From Octopus vulgaris (lineage: Eukaryota): a stretch of DNA of 64,000 bases. This document shows, in pieces, positions 26,414 to 39,386 of the stretch. The stretch is from positions 53,382,001-53,446,000 of the forward strand of contig OX597816.1 in NCBI GenBank assembly GCA_951406725.2, written 5' to 3'. The notes beneath the pieces are model-generated. The model made no database searches. It was not told where the DNA came from and worked only from the letters and a program-made list of their open reading frames with translations. A program made the translations under genes and the position numbers. Each line of letters starts with the position of its first letter. Within the stretch, counting starts at the first letter, position 1.

Positions 26414-27401
26414 GCACAAACATACACACACTATATCACATATACACACATACTACATCATATACATACACACTACACCGTATGTATGAGCATACACATA
26501 CAAACACACACACACACACAAACACACACATACACGCACACCGCACAAACATACACACACTATATCACATATGCACACATACTACATCATATACATACAC
26601 ACTACACCGTATGTATGAGCATACACATACAAACACACACACACACACACACACAAACACACACGCGCACACCGCACATACATACACACACTATATCACA
26701 TATGCACACATACTACATCATATACATACACACTACACCGTATGTATGAGCATACACATACAAACACACACACACACACACAAACACACACATACACGTA
26801 CACCGCACAAACATACACACACTATATCACATATGCACACATACTACATCATATACATACACACTACACCGTATGTATGAGCATACACATACAAACACAC
26901 ACACAAACACACACATACACGTACACCGCACAAACATACACACACTATATCACATATGCATACATACTACATCATATACATACACACTACACCGTATGTA
27001 TGAGCATACACATACAAACACACACACACACAAACACACACATACACGCACACCGCACATACATACACACATTATATCACATATGCACACATACTACATC
27101 ATATACATACACACTACACTGCATGTGTGAGCATACACATACAAACACACACACACTGCACAGACATACACACATTATATCACATATGCACACATACTAC
27201 ATCATATACATACACACGACACCGCATGTGTGAGCAAACACATACAAATACACACACACACACAAACACACACACACATGCACACCGCACATACATACTC
27301 ACATTATATCACATATGCACACATACTACATCATATACATACACACTACACCACATGTGTGAGCATACACATACAAATACACACACACACACACACACAC
27401 A
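26359..27401. repeat. Tandem satellite, about 8 units of 104-131 bp, derived from (CA)n
   Basis: ccgcac...tatatcacatatgcacacatactacatcat...gagcatacacatac recurs at about 26412, 26541, 26672, 26803, 26926, 27053, 27157 and 27285. Confidence 0.92.
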
Positions 27402-28870
27402 CTAGACCACATATGCATACATACATACACTAGACTACTAATCTTACATGCACATACACACATTTCATAAATGCATACACAATTCTCACATGTGCATACT
27501 CACAGTCCATACATCAGGCACAGACAAGACAACACATCTCATACATCACTACACACATATACACACACGCAAGCCAACAAAGAAGCCTCTATGTGGTCAC
27601 TTGACTTACTGAAAATAGCAGCCAAATTTCTCTTACATCAACCCTACCATCTGGGTACATTGGATAATATAATCCGGAACTAAAGCCTGGAATTATACTT
27701 ATATCATCTTTGATCTAAAGTTTACCTGACCAGTATCAGCCTGGTGTTATTTAATAACATCAACAATAACAACAAACATACAATCTACATATCTCACCAC
27801 TCATACAATATATACTTTATTAGACATACGTACATACACATGTGTACATACGCACACATCATGTTACCACATATACAAAGCACACAATTTACTATTCATA
27901 CACATTTCACCATCTTTACCACATATATCACATTTCACCACAGGCACACATACACACACATATTCTCATCATATAACCACATCACATATTTCACCATAAA
28001 CATTGCATACTCACGCACACATAATATATCCATTAGCGGCAACCAAATTTCTCTCAAATCATGTCCTATCACCTTAAACATCTTAAAATACATCACATAC
28101 TTCTTCACACACATCACACATTTCAGTACACATATACACACACAACACACATTTCACAATACACACGCACATCACATATCTTACTAAAGGCATCACATGT
28201 TTTACCACATACCACACCAAAAACACACAAATCACACACACACACGCCATATATTTCACTGCACACATTACATACCACACCAAATCACATATCTTACAAA
28301 AGGCATCACATATTTCTCCACATACTACATATCACACCAAAAACACACAAATCACACACACACACATACACACACACCATATATTACAGTGCACACATTA
28401 CATACCACACAACATCACACTACACACATTACATATTGCAGTGCAAAAACATCACATACTTCACCCCACGCAGCACAAAACTCACCACATATATTACATA
28501 CTCCACCACATACATTACATAGCTCACCACACACATCACATGCATCCCAATGGAAGAAATTAATTTATATTGATTATATCACAGCAAAGAATAAGAGAAT
28601 TATTGACTTCAAACTCAATTTGGATATTTTTAAAATGATATGTTGTTGTTGCTACTGCTGCTGTTGTTTAGCTCGGTTCAACTCTAATCAAACAGGCTTA
28701 CAATTATATGCATTGCATTTGTGACCTAACCAAATTTTTATCTGTATATACTGGCACTCTATCAATTATGACAATGGAGGGTCTAACTGACCCAATCAAT
28801 GGGACAGCTTGCTCATGAGATTAGTGTGCAAGTGGCTGAGCATTCCACTGACATGCATACCCTTAATGTA

Positions 28871-29425
28871 TTAGGTTGTTTGGAAAGTTCGTGCCGATTT
28901 ATAGCAGCTTACCTTTCGACTTATTTTAGAACATGGTTGAGTCCATAAAATAGGATTTGACTACACCTCCAGTTTAAGCTATCTTTTCATGGGAGAAGGT
29001 TTATGTTCCTATAACCTGTGTTAATTCTGTAACCCTTTAAAATGGAAGATAAGAAAGTTCATTTTTGGCACTTGATGCTTTGGGAACCAAGCAAAAATTG
29101 CTGCAGCTCAGCTGGGATGTGTTGCCCCACCCTTCATATTCACCAGATATTGCTCCTTCGGATTTCCACTTATTCAGGTCTCTGCAGAATAGTCTTAATG
29201 GTAAAAATTTCAGTTCCTTGGATGATGTAAAAAGACACCTTGATGAATTCTTTGCCAATAAACCACCTCAATTCTGGGAAGAGGGTATTTTCAAGTTAAA
29301 GGAAAGATGGTGATGCAGTGTGCAACAAAATGGCTCATATCTGGTTGATTAAAAGTTTAATGGCAAGTATTTATTGACCTTTTTCTTTCCTTTAAAAATC
29401 GGCACGAACTTTCCAGACAGCCCAA
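28871..29425 (+). mobile_element. Internally deleted Mariner transposon with TIRs and TA TSD, nested in a SINE
   Basis: 30-bp TIRs ttaggttgtttggaaagttcgtgccgattt / aaatcggcacgaactttccagacagcccaa; N-terminus MEDKKVHFWHLML fused to HPSYSPDIAPSDFHLFRSLQ...KLKERW. Confidence 0.93.
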
Positions 29426-30703
29426 TAGTTCTCAGCGAAATTCAGCATGACACAAAATGTGACAAAGCTGGCCCTTTGAATTACAGGTACAACTGATTTT
29501 TGCCAGATGTGTAGACTGGAGTAACATGAAATAAGTGTCTTGCACAGGAACACAATACACTACCAAGAATTGAACTCATGACCTTACAATTGTGAGCTGA
29601 TTACCTTAACCACTAGGCCATGTGCCTTCACAAAGACATTGTCCAATGTGTCTTTTGCCCCATGAAATAAAGTATCTTGTTCAAGGGCACAACACGCTGC
29701 CAGGAATCGAACTCATGACCTTACAGTCAAGAGCCATTTACTCTAACCACTAAGCTACATACCTTCACAAAGACATTATCCAATGTGTCTTTTGCTCATT
29801 TATGACTGTGGATGTACAACTTGAGTGAGATTTGGCTGCTATTTCTTGCAGATTACATGTCTATATACAGCCTCCTTTGTTGACTCTTAAGATTATGTAA
29901 AGACAATCTCAAGTTGTCTGAAATTATTATAGCTCATATTTTGTTTCTAAGAACTAGTATATGTAATACACTTTTACCATCAACAGAAGCTATTATTGAT
30001 AGAGATCTTTAAAAGATATTCATTTATAGTCATTTTTAAACATAACTGAGAATATGTTAAATGTCAGCTAGTATATTTATCATTATCATCATTACTGACA
30101 GTTTTTAAATTTTTTTTTATCAATGCTAACATGGTTTTAGACATATCTGAAGTGTAAACTATTTGAATTGACAATTCACTGTCAGTTCTCCCAAACACCT
30201 TTTTTAATATCTGTTGAATTACATTAAATAAATGTAGAATTACAGCATAGAAAACACTTATAAAATACAAATATATAAACATCATTTAATAACTAGTAGA
30301 TTAACTTAAATTGTTTTCGGGCCTTCCAATTTAAAAAAGAAAAATGTAATAACCTCATAAACTTTATAAAATTAGTTTAAATCAATTTTATTTGAACTTC
30401 TATAGCTTCAACAGCAAAACTTTAATTTTAGAGATATATTAGCATTGCTCTACAAAAATATATTAGAATATTATGTCTGGATATTTGAAGCTGCAATTCA
30501 TGCTCTCAATCCTACTTTACACAATTATGGCTTCAAATATATGTGCAGGCATGGTTGTGTGGTAAGAAGCTTGCTTCCCAACTATATGGTTCCAGGTTCA
30601 GTCCCACTGCATGGTAACTTAGGAAAGTTTTCTTCTACTTATAGCCTTGGGCTGACCAAAGACTTGTGAACCAATTTGGTAAATGGAAACTAAGAGAAAC
30701 TTC

Positions 30704-30788
30704 AGGAGTGGCTGTGTGGTAAGTAGCTTGCTTACCAACCACATGGTTCTGGGTTGGTAAGCAAGCTACTTACCACACAGCCACTCCT
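30704..30788. repeat. Perfect inverted duplication of a SINE A head (37-bp arms, 11-nt loop)
   Basis: aggagtggc...ttaccaacc / ggttggtaa...gccactcct. Confidence 0.92.
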
Positions 30789-30964
30789 ATGTGCTATGAA
30801 AGGCAACTTGTGTTTGAAAGTAACTATGTCAGTCTCTTGGCATCTGATGGAAACAATCAAGTTAGGAAAAACTCTAAACCATCCCTAGTAATGTACAGAA
30901 TCTGTAAATGATACTCAAACTAAACAGGTAATAATGCTTCAAGATTTATACCATTAAGACATAC

Positions 30965-30990
30965 CAATCGTGTGCTGTGTACACAAGCAT
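30965..30990 (-). CDS. Candidate 26-nt microexon
   Basis: Strong acceptor ttttattttcttctgctttcttag, donor tg|gtatgt. Confidence 0.35.
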
Positions 30991-31143
30991 CTAAGAAAGC
31001 AGAAGAAAATAAAAATATTAAAAGAGAACAAGTGCAAGCAACTAGCAGAAAATCAGGCAAAATATTTGAATGGTAAACTATTGATAGAGTAACATATCTG
31101 TACTCACTACAAACAGTTTGAAAATAGGCTGGAGTATTCTTAC

Positions 31144-31197
31144 TGCCTTGTGTGTCTCAAGGTGTAAGTTACAGAGCTTATGTCTGAGTCAAGTACT
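31144..31197 (-). CDS. Candidate 54-nt exon (VLDSDISSVTYTLRHTR)
   Basis: Acceptor ggtttcttcttag, donor ca|gtaaga; the only open frame is phase 2-2, compatible with the neighbouring candidates. Confidence 0.3.
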
Positions 31198-32124
31198 CTA
31201 AGAAGAAACCAGACTGCAATAGCTAAAACTAAGCAAACAGTTACAATCTCATAATCATAGTTCAACAATTATTATCATAGCAAACAAGATGTTCTTAATT
31301 CCAAGTCTCTTAACTCACCTAAACTCGTCTGTTTCTTAGATTTATGTTTCACAATGAGAAAATTAGCCATTTCTTTTCAGATTCTGTACACATATAAACA
31401 TCCTTTACCATTATCACTTATTTTTTTCCACACTATGTCTGTTAGTTGTGGCCGAGCATATAATGTGAGTGTTAATAGATTCATGAATTTCTGCCTTTAT
31501 ATAACTTATTGTATTATTGCTGCATAACTCTCTCTCTCTCCCACTCACTTGCTCTCTCTTCATGTATATAACATACATTATCATAAGAAACACATCCACC
31601 CATTTTTGTGTATACAAACATTTTTAAAAGCAAGAACAGCATAGCTACAAGTTGAATACGTCCGCACCAACAAAGATTGACAAAAAAATAAACAAATACA
31701 AATATCCATTGTTAATTTAGACTTCATAAAATACTATAATTCTATTGATGCTAAACAACCTGGAGACACTACAAGCCAAACTAGATCTCATAAATCTATT
31801 TATTGATGTAATAACACATGACTACAACAGGCCACAAACCAGCTCGCAAACATTTGCAACTGAAATTGGAAGTAATATAACAACAAATTTAGTTTTCTTT
31901 TCATATTTATTATTAGAATAAAAGAAATATTTTTGTTATTGTTATCCAAGTTTATCTTACTTCATTAAAAACTTTCAGAATTTTAATTACACAAAATGTA
32001 TGATTCTTTCTCAACAAGACGTAATTAAGCATTCTCTTCTTAATTTTAAGGTAAACGTTTAGTGTCATATTCTGTTACCTTGTTGAAGGGTATGCATCAG
32101 AGATTTATAAGTGTGTGTGCGTGC

Positions 32125-32162
<38 letters not shown>

Positions 32163-32510
32163 TTGTGTGTGTGTGTGTGCTGCATGTGCATGTTCCTGTT
32201 TGTGTTTATGTTATAGTATGCATGTTTCACTGTGGGTGTATATTGCTGTTTTCTCAAACCAGTTAGCTTTCCGATAAAAAGAAATCAATACTTTCATTTC
32301 TAGTAATTGATATACTTAGCATATTATATAAGCTAAGTAATCAACAATACATCAAAAGAAGTCGTATTGTTTGATATTTTATTAAAAAGAAGCTTTTCAA
32401 GGATGCCAAAACCCTTACAATCATATTTTCAAACCTTTTAATATTCATCAGTAAAAAATTTAACCACATACATGTTTTATTAAACTGCTACATAATATAA
32501 TACTACTTAC

Positions 32511-32561
32511 TTCATCAGAAGGTGATCTTTAACATGCACTGAATGGATGCATTGCAGCATG
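32511..32561 (-). CDS. Candidate 51-nt exon (MLQCIHSVHVKDHLLM)
   Basis: Acceptor ccctgactttcag, donor aa|gtaagt; single open frame, phase 2-2. Confidence 0.35.
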
Positions 32562-32997
32562 CTGAAAGTCAGGGTTGAGAATTAATGTTGTGAAGAGAGA
32601 CATTGGTTCTCAAAAGAAAGTCTTCCCAGTACACTCTTTATGTTAGTGGAACACCAATGAAGCAAGTGGAGAAATTTAACTTTTAGTATTCACATTATTC
32701 TGTCAAATGTGAAGCATATGTATTCACATTGTTTTGAATTATCATGCATTATATTATAGTTTAGAGATTTCAATGATGTAATTGTTTAGCTTAAGAATGA
32801 AATTGTAGGGTTAAGGTGAGAGGCTGGATCTAGCCAGTTTCAAAATGAAACAAATATTTTGGACTGATATGGTCAGTTTGAATGCTAAAGGGTCAAATGT
32901 ATCAGGGCGCTGAGTTCACAAATGAGGAAAAACAGGAGGCCGGATTGCACCAAGCCAATATATATGTTATAATTTAGAACAAAGTGTAAAAGGTTGT

Positions 32998-33065
32998 CAT
33001 TATAGTACTTGGAGTTTCGAATGTCGGAGAAAAGAGCTATGATACATTCTTGTCAGCTATTAATG
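32998..33065 (-). ncRNA. Degenerate type I hammerhead motif (core CUGACAA)
   Basis: Minus strand CAUUAAUAG-CUGACAA-GAAUGU...ACAUUC-GAAA-CUCCAAG-UA-CUAUAAUG. Confidence 0.55.
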
Positions 33066-33262
33066 GCAACAGACACTATGAAAAATCGTTGAAGAAAAGG
33101 CAAGTTACTCTAATAGGTAGAAAAATAAAAAGGATAACAGATAAAAATGCATGCAACCATATTCACACAATACATAGTCATAAACCCCCTGCATTCACAT
33201 ATGTACACACTCCACACAAACACGTATACATGCATGCACATACACACACACATTATTGGATA

Positions 33263-33320
33263 ATTCCAGATCCTGGATTTCTGGCTTTGCATAAGAAATG
33301 CTTTGCCTCATCAGTGGAAT
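33263..33320 (-). ncRNA. Minimal type I hammerhead motif (inverted twin of 33460-33517)
   Basis: Minus strand AUUCCA-CUGAUGA-GGC...GCC-A-GAAA-UCCAGGA-UC-UGGAAU. Confidence 0.7.
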
Positions 33321-33384
33321 ACACGCAAAGTAGTACATAAATACATGCGTATATGTAAGTACTCATATGTTGCGTGTGTGTGTG

Positions 33385-33438
<54 letters not shown>

Positions 33439-33459
33439 TTTATGCACTACTTTGTGTGT

Positions 33460-33517
33460 ATTCCACTGATGAGGCAGAGCATTTCTTATGCAAAGCCAGA
33501 AATCCGGGATCTGGAAT
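33460..33517 (+). ncRNA. Minimal type I hammerhead motif
   Basis: AUUCCA-CUGAUGA-GGC..GCAU(UUCUU)AUGC..GCC-A-GAAA-UCCGGGA-UC-UGGAAU; 6-bp stem I. Confidence 0.72.
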
Positions 33518-33862
33518 TATCCAATAATTTTTTGTTAGTTTATTTTGTCTCTCTGTCTTCTCTCCTGGTGCTGTATGAACATTTAATGTGGTTTTAGAGT
33601 CAAGTTTTGGCTGCTATATCTAGCATGGTGGTATCTTTTAGATACCCTTAATTATGATTTTAATAAATAATTATTACATATGAGGTTTTTATTCCCATGC
33701 TAGCCACTTGATATGATCGGTATTTTAAATAATGATCTTATCCTTCATCATCATCATCATCATCGTTTAGCTGATGATGATGATGATGAAGGATAAGATC
33801 ATTATTTAAAATACCGATCATATCAAGTGGCTAGCATGGGAATATCCTTATTTATATAAATT

Positions 33863-33896
<34 letters not shown>

Positions 33897-33964
33897 TATA
33901 TATATATACACACACACACACACATATACATATACACACACACACATACATATATATACATATG

Positions 33965-34007
<43 letters not shown>

Positions 34008-35031
34008 TGAGCTTCCACAAAGTTTCTATCTTCTATATTTTATTCATATGACATTATTGACCAGCCTGAACCTACAAGATATTGCATAATGTCTCCAAAC
34101 CTGAAGCCATATGCTTACAAAGCAAGCTTCTTAAACACACACACCTGCCTGCATATATACTTAATATATACACATGTGCACACAAGCACATACATATCGA
34201 CACAAGCACACACACACGCACATATACTGATACACCTACTTAAAGGTAAATATCTGATAGCCATAACAAAATGGAACATTTTATAACTAACATTAATGGC
34301 AATTTAAGATAAAAATTGTACATTTTTTTCACATTTACGATTCTCAGACATTAGAGCAAAGATAGAATAATGCACATCATTAGAATTCTGATTAATTCTA
34401 GAGACATACTTTATTTTTTTTTTTTTTTATATTTTGTCACTTCTAACCCCAATTTAGCTGACAGTTGCACAAAGTCTGTGTAGCGCAAAATTTCAACATT
34501 TAACCTCTCAGCTTTTAAGTGACGTACTGCTGCCTTTCAAATGTGTATGTTCTCAGTCAAATACACTAATATTTTCTATCTGTAATATTTCATCTAATTA
34601 TTTTCTTATAGTTTATTAATCTTTGACTGTTCTGATTCACTGGGTAGAATAATGGAAGTTAGTTTTAATGGCCCTTTTTTGGCAGACATCTATTGGTAAC
34701 AATGAAATGAAATTGGTTATTGTAAGTGTGTACAAGTTTCTTTCATTGTTGATTGTTTTTAACAAGATAGTTAAATAAGAAGTATCACTGCTCATGGTCT
34801 GTACAAGTCTCCTATGACTAATAAGACTGAAGCGAATTTTGTTCAGATTGAACATCTGTAGTTCAGTGTATCTGTAAGAAAATCTGGACAAGAAGGGAGT
34901 GTAGGGTTATCATTCTGCTAATGGAGGACTGGGAAAAGCATATGCAACAAAACTTAGAAGCTGAGGTACAGTAAAGGATAAATTAGTTTTGCGAAGAGAG
35001 AAATGCCAAGAAACTATTTCAGAAGCTATTT

Positions 35032-35264
35032 AAGGTGGCAAGCTGGCAGAAACGTTAGCACGCCGGGCGAAATGCTTACCAGTATTTCGTCTGCCGCTAC
35101 ATTCTGAGTTCAAATTCCTCCGAGGTCGACTTTGCCTTTCATCCTTTCGGGGTCAATTAAATAAGTACTAGTTACACACTGGGGTCAATATAATCGACTT
35201 AATCCGTTTGTCTGTCCTTGTTTGCTCTCTCTATGTTTAGCCCGTAGTGGGTAGTAAAGAAATA
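35032..35264 (+). mobile_element. SINE family B, single unit with 11-bp TSD
   Basis: agaagctattt at 35021-35031 and 35265-35275. Confidence 0.92.
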
Positions 35265-35812
35265 AGAAGCTATTTCAGAGGAACAGAGAGAGCATTGTAG
35301 AGGTGCATGTGGAGGAAGTCACTACAATTTCCAGACCTTGTGGCTTGTGTTCCTCAATGACCCAGAGAGCTATGCCAGTGGGGCACAAGTTCCTCATAGG
35401 GCCTTCCATACTGGACAGGTAAACTGACAGAGGTTAGACCAATATGTACCATCTCTTCCCAGAGATAAAAATGGGTTTGTGTCAGGCAAACATCCCATAC
35501 CTAGGAATAAACAAAGTAACAGAAGCATGAATGACAATTCAAAACCAATAAGTCATGAAAGAAGAAACATATGCTCACAAGGGAAGCGGAAAAGAGGATG
35601 CCCTAAAAATAGTTTGAGATAGGATGCTAAGGCAGAGTTGAAAAGGCATGGATCCAGCTGTAGAGAAGTAGACATGGCAGCCATATTCAAGAGCAGTGGA
35701 AAAAGAAGACTTTTGAAAGATAATACCAAGTGAAATTGGTAGAACTGTATACATGTTCAATCAAATGCAGACATCTTGTGTATCTAGTTCTGCAAATTAT
35801 ATTTGCTATGAC

Positions 35813-35886
35813 GATCATACTGAAGAGCTACAGACAATTACATAGGTAATTTACGTAAGTGTTAATAGTGAAACTAGTTTATGATT
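35813..35886 (+). ncRNA. Type I hammerhead ribozyme motif with canonical core
   Basis: GAUCAUA-CUGAAGA-GCUA...UAGU-GAAA-CUAG-UU-UAUGAUU; palindromic ACUAGU stem III; extended stem II. Confidence 0.75.
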
Positions 35887-36174
35887 AATCTATATATTGC
35901 TTCTTTTCATTTGTCTTGCTTGCTTACATTCTGATGTTTGCTAAATTCTCTTGAGAACATTCCTTTCTTAGTGGTAAGACCATAGTGGATCTACTTCTAG
36001 CATAAAGGATGTCCACGTAGTGGCCATCCCTTTTATATGTATGTAATATAATTTTTCTGAACCTTCAGATTTTAATATGCTAGACCACTGGTTTTAAATT
36101 GATATTAATCAAATTAATATTCAAATTTTCACCCTTATTTTAAATTTATATATATATATATACATATATATGTG

Positions 36175-36525
36175 CTTGGGCCTCATGGAGGCACTGCCCA
36201 AGACTTTTGGCATTATGTCATGCTTGAGAAGAAGACCCATCAAACTGAGTAAAATTGTAGTTGTGGCAGATGCAGGTGTCACGCCAAATGGCACCCATGC
36301 CAATGACACATAAATGCACCCTGGTGTCATGCAAATGACAACCGTGCTGGTGGCATGCAAAAGTACCCATTACACTCTTGGAGTGGTTGGTGTTAAGAAG
36401 GGCATCCAACGATAGAAGACCATGCCAAAATCAAACCGGAGTCTGGTGCAGCCTTCCAGCATGCCAACCCAGTCAAAGCGTCCAACCCATGCCAGCATGG
36501 ACAAAACACGTTAAATGATGATGAT
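36175..36525 (+). mobile_element. Family C retroposon
   Basis: Homologous to 20145-20452. Confidence 0.75.
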
Positions 36526-36764
36526 GGTGGTGGTGATGGCGGTGGTGGTTATGGTGGTGGTGGTGGTGTGTGTGTGTGTGTGCTTATATTCTGGTATGTT
36601 TGTTTATATGTGTGTAGATGTGTTTGCGTCTGTTTAAGTGCATGGATATATATTTAAATTTGTATATTTAAATAGGCAGGTGTGTTTGCATTTATATTGT
36701 TATTTATATTTATGTTCATTTATAAGTAAAATCTATAAATATCTAAGTAAGTATGTGTGTGTAA

Positions 36765-36807
<43 letters not shown>

Positions 36808-37474
36808 TATACACACACACATGTATATGTGTGTGTACAGATGAATGTGCTTGTATAGGTGTGTATCTGCAAAGGATTTACTCTGTATATATATACATGC
36901 ACATATGTGTGTGTGTCTGTATCTACATGTATCTATATGTGTCTATAGGTATACAGATGTATGTGTGTGTGCACTAATGTTTGTCTCTGTTTAGAGAGTG
37001 GTTCTGTATTTTTTTTAGTATGTCAATGTTTATGTGTGTTAGCTTCTATGTAAATGCATTGTTTTGATTTCCCTAAAGTTCATTGAGATAGAAAGCATTT
37101 TGATATGTAGTTAGGAAATGTGATTAAAATTAAGGTCCATAAGATCTTTTGATCCTACTTGAAAATTATTGTAGTCAATACAATCTCTTGGTTTAATCTT
37201 TCTATCTTCAGTTATCTGTTCCCTATTGAATTCATTTATATTTACTATAGCTAATTTACATCTTCTCTTTATCCCTTCCTGTTTTTTGTCAATATTAACG
37301 ATGGTCAATTCTCTGAACTTAGATCTAGCATCTTAATTGATATAAACCAACATATATTTATTTTTTGCTGACCATGCGAGCATGGAAGGCAGATGTTAAA
37401 CAATGATGATGATGATGATGATGATGGTACCAAGCTAATTTTATCTAGTCTCAGTCTTCCATACATTGTATATA

Positions 37475-37986
37475 CCATAAATCCTCGAATATAATCTGCA
37501 TTTTTTTCCCAAAATCTAAAGGTCAAAATCCCTAGTGCATACTATATATGAGGTGAAAAATGAAAATTATTTTCTAAGCAATGTCTGAGTCTCGATTTGC
37601 TGTCTGGAAATGTTTATACCGATGTATTTTGTGATGTCAGGCACGAAAATACCTTAAGCTAAGCCTGAAAGCAATGAAGTCATAAAAGAATCATCAATAA
37701 CTTGCAGTAAGCAACATTTATTAAATGTTATTACTGTTATTTCTTTATTTTCTGCAAACAAAATGAACAAAAAAGCTACACGTTTACATTATGTTATATA
37801 TACAATAATAATAAAGGACGTTATTGTATACATTTTTACAAACCAAGGACATTATTTAGACCTCTTTGGCTCAAGTTAGAGAAGGGGTGTGTATTATACA
37901 CAACGTTTAGGTTTTTCAGAGGTACAGCCCTTTAAAAATCCCCTGCATATTATACTGAAGAGCTGACTATACTTAAGGGTTTACGG
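37475..37986. mobile_element. pogo/Tigger-like MITE with TA TSD
   Basis: TA|ccataaatcctcgaatata ... tatacttaagggtttacgg|TA imperfect TIRs. Confidence 0.7.
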
Positions 37987-39386
37987 TATAAAGAGAAAAT
38001 TTTGTAAGTATGCACAGAGTAGAAGCATTTGGTGCAATCATGATGTTTTAGTGATCTGATGAATTAGCTTTCTGTATCTGCATTGATTTGTAAATATACA
38101 TGCCTATTGTACAATGCCTAGCATGCATATTAGTGCATACATGTAAGCATAATTTATTCAACACTGAAATTATTATTACCTGAAGAGGGCTGTGAAACAG
38201 CTGTAATCCTAAGGATGACAAGTGTTAAAATAGATATATTCACCTCCCATATTTCCTGACTTTTTATGATTTATGTATGAATGTATGTATGTGTGTATGC
38301 ACTAACTCTGTTTCAACTGTTAACCTCAAATAACCACCCATCCAAATAAACGCCCATGGGCGATGTAATGGATGGGTGGATTTTTGGAAAACCCTGGTAA
38401 TTTCATCTGCATGTTGACAGTGGTTGAATACTTGTATAGAGATGTTTTATTTTAAATGAAATACATAGTATTTGAATTTTCTGGTGAATTCTATTTGCAA
38501 AATAATTAAAAATTAAAACAAAAAAAAATTTAGAAAAATTTAGAATGCTAAATTTTTCCAGTCTTTTGTTTTGGCATGTGTGTATGTGTGTGTGTGTGTT
38601 CACATGCATGTCAGTTTCTGTGTATTTGTTTCCATTTGCACTGTTTCAAAAATCCTTGAGTTATAAGGTGTGAGGTTATTTACATTTCTCTTTCTTTCTA
38701 TCAAATTCATCAAGATTTTGGTCAGCCCCAGACTAGAGTAAAAGAAACTTGCTTAAGGTGCTATGAAGTGGGATTAAACTGAAAACCAGGTGGTTAAGAA
38801 GAGAATTTCTTAACCATACAGCCATGCCTAAAGATTAACAAACAGCAGTATATTAATTATACATACCACCTGATACTGAGAATCACAATAATGAAACTAA
38901 TAACCAATCAAGCTTGGTTTAAATCTGAGCATTTTTATTCAGCTAAAATATTATATCTGTGAAGCGAGACATAAAAACATGAAAGACAGAGACACATTTA
39001 TATCTGCTTATTAACTGTATTTCTTACATAACAATATTCAATATTAAACATTAAACAAATAACCATTGAAAACTAAGACATTCTTCAATGTCTCTGACTC
39101 CATCTCGTTAATGATCTGTTCAAACATAGCATGTAATTGATAGAAATTCTCAAACAAGAACAAACAACATATGCATATTCATTTACTTTCGTTTCTGAAA
39201 CGATTCCTTTAGAATTTTAAATCTCTCGTCTGATCTTTAATTCTTGATAGTGAATCTGCTATTCATTAATAATAAATTAAACAGGAAAATCAACAAAATA
39301 TATAAATGTAAAAGTTGTGTTAAAAGTATGAAATTCATTAAACAGAAAAAGATCTACTAAAAGATACAAACTTATCCTGTTCTTAC

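Larger units (their letters stand above)
33252..33850 (+). mobile_element. PLE pseudo-LTR-like non-coding element with inverted duplications at both ends
   Basis: Body about 33434-33745 ending atcttatcctt; inverted copy of the 5' part at 33252-33341; palindrome 33690-33844; embedded in (TA)/(CA)/(CAT) repeats. Confidence 0.6.

Noticed and set aside
26359-27433. His/Thr-rich repetitive ORFs; CRISPR-like periodicity
   Set aside because: CA-derived satellite with non-unique spacers, eukaryotic context and no cas genes.
30064-30210. Possible terminal exon ILKKVFGRTDSELSIQIV...
   Set aside because: Weak polypyrimidine tract and no independent support.
37955-37986. ctgaagag as a hammerhead core
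   Set aside because: Part of the terminal region of the pogo/Tigger-like MITE.
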